The notes under the pieces are model-generated. The model saw only the letters and a list, made by a program, of their open reading frames with translations, was not told the origin of the DNA and did no database searches. The position numbers were made by a program, and so were the translations under genes. A DNA stretch of 64,000 bases from Candidatus Parcubacteria bacterium (GTDB lineage Bacteria; Patescibacteriota; Minisyncoccia; UBA6257; 2-01-FULL-56-20): NCBI GenBank assembly GCA_027324805.1, contig DAHVRZ010000003.1:1294-65293 (forward strand), read 5' to 3'. Below, in pieces: positions 16,106-24,551 of this stretch; within the stretch, counting starts at the first letter, position 1, and every line of letters starts with the position of its first letter.

Positions 16106-17895
16106 ACGCCGCCGAAACAAAGATCTGCTTAAACTGCGATGCGGTCTTCACTATTGAGCTGGAGGATTTTGCGTTCTACGGTAAATTGAACGTTCCACCG
16201 CCAACGCGATGCCCCCGCTGCCGGCTTCGGCGACGGCTTTCCTTCATGAACGAGCGGTCGCTTTACCGAAGCATATGCGCACATTGCGGGAAGAAGATCC
16301 TCTCGGTTTTTTCGCCAGGCTCCCGCCGCCTCGTATACTGTCCTGCTTGCTGGTGGTCTGATGTCTGGGATCCGATGGACTACGGCACCCAATACGATTT
16401 TTCGCGCCCATTCTTCGCCCAATACAGGGAGCTTCTCGAAAGGATCCCGCATCCTTCGCGGGAAACGGTCGAAAGCACTCTCGTGAACAGTGATTATTGC
16501 AATATCACGTCGTACCTCAAAAATTCTTACCTCGTCTTCAATTCGGACTATGATGAGGATTGTGCGTACAGCTCTTACTTGGAACGAAGTTCCCGTTGTG
16601 TTGATATTACGATGGGAGATCTTTCGGAACTTTGCTACGAAAGCCATAATATCTACAAATGCAATCGCGTTATTTTCTCCGACAACTGCAATGAGTGTGT
16701 CGACGTCGCATTCTCGAAGGATTGCATTGGATGCGAACATTGCTTCGGATGCGTGAACCTGCGAAACAAGCAGTATTATATTTTCAACCGGCCATTCACC
16801 AAAGAGACGTATTTCCAGGAGATTGAAAAATACGACATTGGATCGTATAGGGTCCGGCAGGAACTGACCGAACGACTCAATGCGCTCAGCCGCTCCCTGC
16901 CCAAACGATATGCGCATGGCCTTAAAAATCTGAATGTGAAGGGGGATTTCATTTTCAATTCCAAAAATGTCACGGAAAGCTATGAGGTGACCGACGCGAA
17001 GGACTGCAAATACTGTCATTTCCTTTTCATCGCCTCCACAAACGATGCTTATGATTTTACGATGTGGGGCGGGGGTGCCGAGCGCGTATATGAATGCATG
17101 GGTACCGGAGGAGGGCAGAGCGATATCCGTTTCTGTTACGAATGCTGGTCCTCCGATACGCGCAATCTCGAATACTGTATGTATTCTCAAGGAAGCGACC
17201 TTTTCGGATGCATGGGGGTGCGAAAGAAACAGTATTGCATTCTCAATAAACAATATTCAAAAGAGGAATACGAGGCGCTCCACAGCCGGATACTTGAGCA
17301 GATGAGATCAATGCCTTACATTGACGCAAAGGGAAATACGTATTCGTACGGCGAATTTTTTCCATCGGAAATATCGCCATTCAATTATCGCGAGACGATG
17401 GCGCAGATGTACTTTCCGCTTACGCAGGCGGAAGTTGTCGCGCAGGGATTCAATGGCAAGCATTTTGACGAGGCGAAGCATTACGATATAAGCATTGACG
17501 CCCCCGGATTGCCGGACAACATAAAAGACGTTCGGGATTCTATAACCGATGAGATTATAGGATGCGTCCATCGGGGGACATGCGGGGAGCAGTGCACGAC
17601 GGCGTTCAGGATCACGCCGACCGAACTTGAGTTCTATCGGCATATGGGCTTGCCTCTGCCGAGGTTATGTCCCAATTGCCGTCATTATGCACGGTTGTCC
17701 GACGGTCCCGGTTTGGATTTTTTCGAACGGCAATGCATGTGTCTTGGTCAAAGCTCCAAAGAGGGGCATTATCGGAACCTCTCGGTGCACGCTCACGGCG
17801 TTCATCCATGCACCAACACCTTTGAAACCGCGTATGCTCTCGATCGTCGCGAGACCGTCTATTGCGAACAGTGCTATCAGGCGGAAACGGTATGA
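16102..17895 (+). CDS. Cysteine-rich multi-zinc-ribbon protein, paralog 5 of 5
   Basis: MNAAETKICLNCDAVFTIELEDFAFYGKLNVPPPTRCPRCRLRRR...LVYCPACWWSDVWDP...FRITPTELEFYRHMGLPLPRLCPNCRH...CTNTFETAY..RRETVYCEQCY. Confidence 0.8.
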   Translation: MNAAETKICLNCDAVFTIELEDFAFYGKLNVPPPTRCPRCRLRRRLSFMNERSLYRSICAHCGKKILSVFSPGSRRLVYCPACWWSDVWDPMDYGTQYDFSRPFFAQYRELLERIPHPSRETVESTLVNSDYCNITSYLKNSYLVFNSDYDEDCAYSSYLERSSRCVDITMGDLSELCYESHNIYKCNRVIFSDNCNECVDVAFSKDCIGCEHCFGCVNLRNKQYYIFNRPFTKETYFQEIEKYDIGSYRVRQELTERLNALSRSLPKRYAHGLKNLNVKGDFIFNSKNVTESYEVTDAKDCKYCHFLFIASTNDAYDFTMWGGGAERVYECMGTGGGQSDIRFCYECWSSDTRNLEYCMYSQGSDLFGCMGVRKKQYCILNKQYSKEEYEALHSRILEQMRSMPYIDAKGNTYSYGEFFPSEISPFNYRETMAQMYFPLTQAEVVAQGFNGKHFDEAKHYDISIDAPGLPDNIKDVRDSITDEIIGCVHRGTCGEQCTTAFRITPTELEFYRHMGLPLPRLCPNCRHYARLSDGPGLDFFERQCMCLGQSSKEGHYRNLSVHAHGVHPCTNTFETAYALDRRETVYCEQCYQAETV

Positions 17896-17942
17896 CCGCG
17901 GCTTCAGGCCGCGCCCAAATAGTGTTATAATTGTTTTGAGAT

Positions 17943-20105
17943 ATGGCTCCTTTGTCACCTCAATCGACCGAACTCGAGAACAACGTCATTTATTTTGCGA
18001 GGACGAATTTCAGGAATTCGAGCCATCTTTTCGGTATCAAGCGCGCCGACCGGAGGCAACATACCTATGTGGTAGGGAAGACGGGTACGGGCAAAAGCTC
18101 GATGCTCAATAATATGATCGTGCAGGACGTTGCGAATGGCGAAGGTGTTTGTGTGGTTGACCCCCACGGCGAGCTTGTCGAAGGCATCCTCGACAAAATC
18201 CCCGAGGAGCGCATGAAGGATGTGGTCTATTTCAATCCGGCCGATCCCGATTTTCACGTCGGTTTCAATATCCTTGAGCTTCCCGACCCGAAATATAAGC
18301 ATCTTGTCGCCTCGGGCCTTATGGCCATCTTTACGAAAATATGGGCGGGTGTGTGGTCCGCCAGGATGGAATACATACTTAATAATTGCATTTTAGCGCT
18401 CCTCGATACGCCGGGCTCGACGCTTCTCGGCATTCCGCGGCTCCTGAGCGACAAAACCTACCGGCAGAAGATCATCGGGAATGTAAAAGATCCCGTGGTG
18501 AAGGCGTTTTGGATAAACGAGTTCGAGAGCTGGCAGGACCGGTTCCGCAATGAGGCGATCGCGCCGATCCAAAACAAAGTGGGACAGTTCCTTTCGACGT
18601 CGCTCGTACGCAACATCGTCGGACAGTCGAAGAGCACGATCGATGTGTTCGATATCATGAACGAAGGAAAGATATTCCTTGTGAACGTCTCGAAGGGGCG
18701 CATCGGCGAGGACAACTCCGCGCTTCTCGGCGCAATGCTCATCACGAAGATCCAGCTCGCCGCCATGGAACGCGTGCGTATCCCCGAAGAAGACCGCGTG
18801 GATTTTTATCTTTACGTCGACGAGTTCCAGAACTTTGCGACCGACTCCTTTGCGGGGATCTTGTCGGAAGCGCGCAAATACCGCCTTAACCTCACGCTCG
18901 CGCACCAGTATATCGGACAGCTTGTGACCGATACCTCGACGCGCGTACGCGATGCTATTTTCGGCAACGTGGGGACGATGATCGTATTCCGCGTCGGGGC
19001 TACGGATGCGGAATTCCTCGAAAACGAATTTTCCCCGGAGTTTACAATCGAGGACATTGTAAACCTGCCAAACTACCATATCTATATCAAACTCATGGTG
19101 GACGGGGTGACCGCAAGACCATTCTCGGCAATGACATTGCCGACATTCAAGGTAAAGTCCTCCGAGGTTATGCAGGAAGATATCATTAAGATGTCCCAGA
19201 AGTATTATGCCCGGCCGCGCGAGGCGATCGAGGCCGAGATCAATCGTTGGAGCGGCATTATGGACGCCGCCGGCTCTCCCGTCGAAGCCGCTCCAAGCGG
19301 AGGGGGGAGCGGCGGATCCGCGGAGCGGCCGGTGACGACGCCGGATGGCTTGGTGCAGAAGACCGCGCCGATTGCAACCGCTTCCGGCATCCGCTATCAG
19401 GCTGTTTGTTCGTCGTGCGGCAACCTTACGACGCTTCCGTTCGAACCGACACCCGGCCGCCCCGTCTATTGTCGGGATTGCATGAAGAAAATCGAATCAG
19501 GGGAGATAAAACCCGTCCGCGCAACATGGAGTCCTTCAAAAGGATCTTCGGTTCGCGCAAAAGAACGATCCACCGAGGCGCTGAGTCGTCTCGGCATCGA
19601 ATTCGCCGCGGAAGAGCCATCGCATTCGTCCGACGGCTCTTCAATGCCTCCCCGACAACCTTCAATGCCGCTGCCCCGCCGTCCACGGAGACCGATCGGT
19701 CCGACACCCGCCCCTTCATCATTACCGGATTCGATCCCGTCGAAGAGTCCTTCGAAGCCCGTTGCGCCACGATCCTTGGCAACACAACCGTCTTCGGGAG
19801 GATCGGAGGCGCAACAAGAGACCATTTCGCTTGTCGAACTTACGAAGCCGCAAGAGAAATCGGTTCAAAAATCAAAACATCCTCCCCATGCCGAAGTGAA
19901 TATCGCATCCCTGCGCGATGCCATCCGCGCATCGCTTGCCGCGGATCTCGGCGCCGCGTCGTCCGGTGATGCATCCGATGACGGTTTTGGAGTGACACCT
20001 CCGCTGTCGGAAAACGATGTCGCCCGGCCAAAGGAATCTCCGGCGGCGAATGTAAATAACGACGATGAAGACTACGAAGAAGACCATTCGCGCCGGAACC
20101 GTTAA
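17943..20105 (+). CDS. VirD4/TraG-like P-loop ATPase (paralog of 6346-7827) with C-terminal zinc ribbon and long disordered P/S/acidic tail
   Basis: Walker A VVGKTGTGKSS followed by CVVDPHGE. Walker B LYVDEFQN. AHQYIGQL...GNVGTMIVFRVGA. C-terminal CSSCGNLTTLPFEPTPGRPVYCRDCMKK (CxxC-x18-CxxC), then ~210 aa low-complexity tail ending NNDDEDYEEDHSRRNR. Confidence 0.8.
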   Translation: MAPLSPQSTELENNVIYFARTNFRNSSHLFGIKRADRRQHTYVVGKTGTGKSSMLNNMIVQDVANGEGVCVVDPHGELVEGILDKIPEERMKDVVYFNPADPDFHVGFNILELPDPKYKHLVASGLMAIFTKIWAGVWSARMEYILNNCILALLDTPGSTLLGIPRLLSDKTYRQKIIGNVKDPVVKAFWINEFESWQDRFRNEAIAPIQNKVGQFLSTSLVRNIVGQSKSTIDVFDIMNEGKIFLVNVSKGRIGEDNSALLGAMLITKIQLAAMERVRIPEEDRVDFYLYVDEFQNFATDSFAGILSEARKYRLNLTLAHQYIGQLVTDTSTRVRDAIFGNVGTMIVFRVGATDAEFLENEFSPEFTIEDIVNLPNYHIYIKLMVDGVTARPFSAMTLPTFKVKSSEVMQEDIIKMSQKYYARPREAIEAEINRWSGIMDAAGSPVEAAPSGGGSGGSAERPVTTPDGLVQKTAPIATASGIRYQAVCSSCGNLTTLPFEPTPGRPVYCRDCMKKIESGEIKPVRATWSPSKGSSVRAKERSTEALSRLGIEFAAEEPSHSSDGSSMPPRQPSMPLPRRPRRPIGPTPAPSSLPDSIPSKSPSKPVAPRSLATQPSSGGSEAQQETISLVELTKPQEKSVQKSKHPPHAEVNIASLRDAIRASLAADLGAASSGDASDDGFGVTPPLSENDVARPKESPAANVNNDDEDYEEDHSRRNR

Positions 20106-20124
20106 AAGGAAAGCGTCCCACGGG

Positions 20125-20811
20125 GTGCAGTTCCATATTCTTACGGTTTTCCCGGAGATGTTCGGCTCGTACCTTGGCGAGTCGCTCTTTAAGCGAGCAC
20201 AAAGAGAAGGTCTCGTTTCGGTGAATCTGATGAATATCAGGGATTTTACCGATGATCGCCATAATAAAGTGGACGACCGGCCTTTCGGGGGCGGACCCGG
20301 CATGGTGCTCAAGGTTCAGCCCATTTGGGCGGCCCACGAGGCAATCCTCAAAAACATAGCACGAAAGGGATCAAAAAAATCCAAAGGGAAGACGAAAACA
20401 CGGACCGTTCTATTTTCCACGCGCGGAAAGAAACTCGATGCCGTGCACGCACGACGGCTGGCAATGTACGACCATCTTATCCTCGTGTGCGGACGCTATG
20501 AAGGCGTCGATGAGCGCGTGGCGGACCACATCGCCGATGAGGAGGTATCGATAGGGGATTACGTTCTTTCCGGCGGTGAGTTGCCGGCGCTTGTGCTTAT
20601 GGAAACAGTAAGTCGACATATTCCTGGCTTTCTAGGAAAAGAAGAGTCACTCGAGGAGATCAATGGCTCGTTTCCGACCTTTACACGGCCTGAAGTTTTC
20701 GTTCCTGGAACAAAGAAAGGTAAGGCCTGGAAGGTCCCGGACGTCCTTCTGTCGGGAGACCATAAAAAGATAGCTGAATGGCGTACATCGCACGGCGATA
20801 AAAAACTTTAG
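20125..20811 (+). CDS. trmD: tRNA (guanine37-N1)-methyltransferase TrmD
   Basis: VQFHILTVFPEMF..., GGGPGMVLK, CGRYEGVDERV, LSGGELPALVLMETV are TrmD SPOUT motifs. GTG start at 20125 is preceded by AAAGGAAAG; ATG at 20065 is an alternative that would overlap the ATPase. Confidence 0.85.
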   Translation: MQFHILTVFPEMFGSYLGESLFKRAQREGLVSVNLMNIRDFTDDRHNKVDDRPFGGGPGMVLKVQPIWAAHEAILKNIARKGSKKSKGKTKTRTVLFSTRGKKLDAVHARRLAMYDHLILVCGRYEGVDERVADHIADEEVSIGDYVLSGGELPALVLMETVSRHIPGFLGKEESLEEINGSFPTFTRPEVFVPGTKKGKAWKVPDVLLSGDHKKIAEWRTSHGDKKL

Positions 20812-20845
20812 CTTTCCTTGATCCCGCATCCGGTATGGTTGAAGG

Positions 20846-22063
20846 ATGCGGACCTTCGTGCGCTCGGCGGATATTTTCCATGCGTGCATGGCGTCGTTCC
20901 TTCTGGGGGCGCTTGTTGTCGTGCACGGTTGGAACCGAGCGATGCCATTTTTCCTTTTGACAGCCGTGGTGATTGTCGGCATAGCAAGCTTGCGGATATC
21001 CGTGCGGACGGTGATGGTCGCCTGCGGCATATTGGCAACATTCCTTTTCTCAGTGATATATTGCCATGCCCGTCTTACGTTGCCATATTCAAACACATCA
21101 TCCTATGTTTCCGGATTATCGCTTACGGAACGTTTGGCGCTTTCCCGCGGTTTTGCGTTGTTGTCATACCGAAATGCGGCGCTTCTCGGGGCATTCATCG
21201 GCGGATCGACGCGGAGGCTCCCTCCTGATATGAGGGGTGGGATGGCGAATTCGGGAACTTCCTATCTTGTGGGTATGTATGGATACAAATTACATCTGCT
21301 TGTTGAAACGATTGCCGCGGTCTGCGCGTTTGTCGTTCCTAAAATGGTCGGTAAAATTGCGGGACTTGCCATGGCCGCATGTTTTGTTATCACTGCAGGC
21401 GCGCCGATTTCCGCGGTCCGTGCGGGGATAATGATCATATTCGTATCGCTTGCCGAGCTTGCCGGAAGACGCGCTGATCGCATTGCCGCACTCACCCTTT
21501 CGGCGTTCGTTATGGTCGCATGGGATCCCGCAGTATGTGGAAGCGTGGGCTTTCTTCTTTCATTCCTTAGCCTTCTTGGAATATATACGCTCGCACCGGC
21601 GCTCAAAGAATGCGCTATTATTTATGCCACGCGTATCCGGTCTGCGATGGTTCCCGTCGTTGCGGATTCACGCATTGGACGCATGGTTGGTGCGATATTC
21701 GGATTCCATGCGACCGCTTCTGCTGCAGTGAATCTCGCGATCCTCCCCGTGATCGCGCGGCTGGATGGCTCCTTTCCTTTGATATCGTTCGCATCGAATG
21801 TTTTTGCCGCGTTGCCATTCGGGGTCATGCTCGGATTGGGTGCCGGGCTCGCCGCCGCAGGGGTTACCATTCCTTCTGTTGCTATTCTTTTCATATTTCC
21901 GCTCAATGTCATTCTTGGATACGAGACGATGGTTATTCGTGTGACCGCGGCTGTGCCCTTCGATATTTCCGGCATAGCATTCCCGCCGCCCGTAATGGCG
22001 ATATATTATGCGGGACTTATGGTATTTGCGTGGCGATTCAGGAGGATAAAACGGCGTGCATAG
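20846..22063 (+). CDS. comEC: ComEC/Rec2-like competence-domain integral membrane protein (lacks MBL domain)
   Basis: Polytopic membrane protein with a ComEC-like core region (MANSGTSYLVGMYGYKLHLL...). Followed by a separate MBL-fold gene. Confidence 0.6.
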   Translation: MRTFVRSADIFHACMASFLLGALVVVHGWNRAMPFFLLTAVVIVGIASLRISVRTVMVACGILATFLFSVIYCHARLTLPYSNTSSYVSGLSLTERLALSRGFALLSYRNAALLGAFIGGSTRRLPPDMRGGMANSGTSYLVGMYGYKLHLLVETIAAVCAFVVPKMVGKIAGLAMAACFVITAGAPISAVRAGIMIIFVSLAELAGRRADRIAALTLSAFVMVAWDPAVCGSVGFLLSFLSLLGIYTLAPALKECAIIYATRIRSAMVPVVADSRIGRMVGAIFGFHATASAAVNLAILPVIARLDGSFPLISFASNVFAALPFGVMLGLGAGLAAAGVTIPSVAILFIFPLNVILGYETMVIRVTAAVPFDISGIAFPPPVMAIYYAGLMVFAWRFRRIKRRA

Positions 22064-22080
22064 AAGGGATACGGACGACC

Positions 22081-22983
22081 ATGAAACAACCTATTCATCA
22101 AAGATTATTATTATTTTTGTTTATTGCGGCTTTTGTTATGGGGGATATCCTATCCTGGTATCGGATTCTTTTTGTGCCGCTGGTCGAAAATGCAGCGATA
22201 TATCCGATCATGCATTTCTTCGACGTGGGACAGGGAGATGCCGAACTTGTCTCATTTGGGGACGGCACGAATATTCTCACCGACGCCGGCCCAAGCGGTC
22301 CCGTCATTCTTGGCGCACTTGATTCGGTCCTTGGTTCGCGGGACCGTTCGATAGATATCATCATCATTTCGCAACCATCCGCCTCCCACTTCGGAGGCCT
22401 TCAGGATATAGTGGACCATTATCGCGTTGGTGCGATCGTCTATAACGGGAGGGATGCACCGCCCGGTGTTTCGGCGTGGCCGACGCTCCTTGAAAAGATA
22501 TCGGCCAAAATGATCCCGCTTATCACGCTGGGGGAAGGGGATCGTCTGCGCATCGGTACCTTGGGAGAGGTGGATATTCTTTCTCCGGGCCGTGAGCGTG
22601 CCGAAAGCCAGGAGCTCGGCGATACGGGCATCGTGCAGCTCGTTACAACAGACAAATTTCGGGCGCTTTTCACTGCCGATATAGGATCCGGCGTCGAAAA
22701 TGCCCTCGTGGCGCGGTATGGGATGTCATTACATGCCGATATCCTTAAAATCTCGCACAACGGATCAAAAAACTCCTCGGGAGCGGCATTTCTTTCGGCA
22801 GTATCGCCGCACATGGCGATCATAGAGGTTGGCGCAAAGAATTTCTACCATCAGCCGTCTGCCGAGACGCTTATTCGCATCGTTTCATCGACATCCGCAA
22901 GGGTCTTCCGGACGGATGAGGATGGAACCGTGACGGTATTCCGGGCTTCGGACGGTATACTTTCCGCGGTTGCCGCGCGCTGA
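22081..22983 (+). CDS. Metallo-beta-lactamase-fold protein with N-terminal TM helix (ComEC C-terminal domain-like)
   Basis: ATG at 22081 (MKQPIHQRLLLFLFIAAFVMGDILSW...). FFDVGQGDAELVSF and ...SHFGG match the ComEC MBL-domain signature (DVGQGDA). The ORF-track start at 21610 is an overlapping upstream extension. Confidence 0.7.
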   Translation: MKQPIHQRLLLFLFIAAFVMGDILSWYRILFVPLVENAAIYPIMHFFDVGQGDAELVSFGDGTNILTDAGPSGPVILGALDSVLGSRDRSIDIIIISQPSASHFGGLQDIVDHYRVGAIVYNGRDAPPGVSAWPTLLEKISAKMIPLITLGEGDRLRIGTLGEVDILSPGRERAESQELGDTGIVQLVTTDKFRALFTADIGSGVENALVARYGMSLHADILKISHNGSKNSSGAAFLSAVSPHMAIIEVGAKNFYHQPSAETLIRIVSSTSARVFRTDEDGTVTVFRASDGILSAVAAR

Positions 22984-23010
22984 TGGCGAGACTGATGGTA
23001 TAATGGAACC

Positions 23011-24549
23011 ATGACACTGCTCATTCGCAATGTGCGGATACTGGGAGGCGAAAAGGAATTCCCCGATCCCATCGATGTCTTTGTAAATGGCGATACGATC
23101 TCGGCAATCGGCAATTTTGCCAACAAGAAAGCCGATACGATTCTTGATGGCCAGGGCGGATACCTTACTCCGGGATTCATCGATATTGATTCCACATCGG
23201 ACCATTATCTTACATTGTTCGATGACAGGGGACAGGAGGATTTTATCCGGCAGGGAGTAACGACCATTATTGGCGGTATGTGTGGAGCATCGCTCGCGCC
23301 GCTTGCATACGGAACGCTCGAATCCATCCAGAAATGGGGCGATCCTTCGCGCGTGAACGTGAACTGGCACACCATGGCGGAGTTCCTTTCCGTACTCGAC
23401 GCGCGTCCGCTCGCCGTGAACTTCGGCACGCTTGCGGGGCACGCCACCATCCGTCGGGCGCTCGTCGGGGAAGCGCTCCGCGAACTCACGAAGAACGAGA
23501 TGAATGTGTTCGCGCGCATGCTCGAAGAGGCGATGAAGCAAGGAGCCTTCGGCCTTTCGACGGGACTTTCCTATGTTCACGCCCGCGCCACGACCGATCT
23601 TGAACTCAATTTTTTCACGGACGTCGTTGCCCGGTTCGGCGGAGTGTATGCGACGCATCTGCGCGACGGTGCCGCCGGTGTCGTGCGGTCCATTGAGGAA
23701 ACCGTGAGCCTCGCCAAAGAACGCGGCGTAAAAACCCTCATAAGCCATTTCATGCCGATGCTCGGCGCCGGCAAGGAATACGAAGCGGCGCTCGCGGAGA
23801 TCGAAAGTCTTCCGGCAAACATGGAATTTCGCTTTGATGCGCATCCGTTCGCCGACTCACTCCTGCCGATCTATACATTCCTTCCCGAGTGGGCCCAAAA
23901 CGGCGGTATCGGAGTGATGGTTGCGAACGTCAATGACCAGTGGCTCCTCACCCGCATAAAGAAGGATATGTCCGAACTTGATGAGGACCATTTCATCATT
24001 GCGCAGGCACCCGGGAACGAATTCCTTGTCGGCAAAACCCTTCGTGAGCTGGGAGTCACATACGGAACGGGCGATGCGCGCGATGCGGTCCTTAAGCTGA
24101 TGGCGACGACAAAAATGAAGTGTTCGGTGCTCTACCGCAATATCGACGAAGTGCTCATTGCGAAGGCGATAGGAAGCCCGCGAAGCCTTGTCGCTTCCGC
24201 CGCGCCAAGCTGGAGTCGCAGCGGGCCTGCAGGAAAAAAACGAAGATTCCGCACGGAGCGCACCACCTCAACATTCACAAAGTTCCTCGGACTTGCCGCC
24301 GGCGGCCTCATGCCGCTTGATATGGCGGTCCGTAAAATCACCACTGAACCCGCCGCGCTATTTGGACTCAAAGGGAGGGGGGTGATTAGGGAGGGAAATA
24401 TTGCCGATCTCGCATGTTTCAAAGTGGATGGACAAGCGGGCGATCCTGTCGAGGTTCTTTTTACGGTCGTGAATGGCATAACGGTCAGGGCGGGGGATGA
24501 ATTCAAGGATGTCTTTCCTGGAAAGGTCTTGCGCCATAATGCCTCCTGA
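23011..24549 (+). CDS. Amidohydrolase-family N-acyl-D-amino-acid deacylase (D-aminoacylase)-like protein
   Basis: MTLLIRNVRILGG...VFVNGDTISAIG...GGYLTPGFIDIDSTSDHY is a D-aminoacylase-type N-terminus. C-terminal ...GNIADLACF. Confidence 0.7.
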   Translation: MTLLIRNVRILGGEKEFPDPIDVFVNGDTISAIGNFANKKADTILDGQGGYLTPGFIDIDSTSDHYLTLFDDRGQEDFIRQGVTTIIGGMCGASLAPLAYGTLESIQKWGDPSRVNVNWHTMAEFLSVLDARPLAVNFGTLAGHATIRRALVGEALRELTKNEMNVFARMLEEAMKQGAFGLSTGLSYVHARATTDLELNFFTDVVARFGGVYATHLRDGAAGVVRSIEETVSLAKERGVKTLISHFMPMLGAGKEYEAALAEIESLPANMEFRFDAHPFADSLLPIYTFLPEWAQNGGIGVMVANVNDQWLLTRIKKDMSELDEDHFIIAQAPGNEFLVGKTLRELGVTYGTGDARDAVLKLMATTKMKCSVLYRNIDEVLIAKAIGSPRSLVASAAPSWSRSGPAGKKRRFRTERTTSTFTKFLGLAAGGLMPLDMAVRKITTEPAALFGLKGRGVIREGNIADLACFKVDGQAGDPVEVLFTVVNGITVRAGDEFKDVFPGKVLRHNAS

Positions 24550-24551
24550 GC

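Noticed and set aside
8010-17253. Several long minus-strand ORFs (8010-9086, 10591-11817, 16129-17253) inside the Cys-rich paralog genes
   Set aside because: They are antisense to strongly conserved plus-strand paralog frames. Their translations are Arg/His/Ile-rich with no conserved motifs between copies.
8034-17895. Possibility that the repeated ~1.8-kb units are a CRISPR array, a satellite, or a transposon array
   Set aside because: Units are 1.7-1.8 kb and protein-coding, with conserved reading frames and divergent nucleotide sequence. There are no short direct repeats or spacers, and no transposase or integrase motifs.
19247-19969. Alternative-frame ORFs over the ATPase-2 tail (19247-19969 plus, several minus)
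   Set aside because: They overlap the continuous ATPase frame in a low-complexity GC-rich region and are likely frame artefacts.
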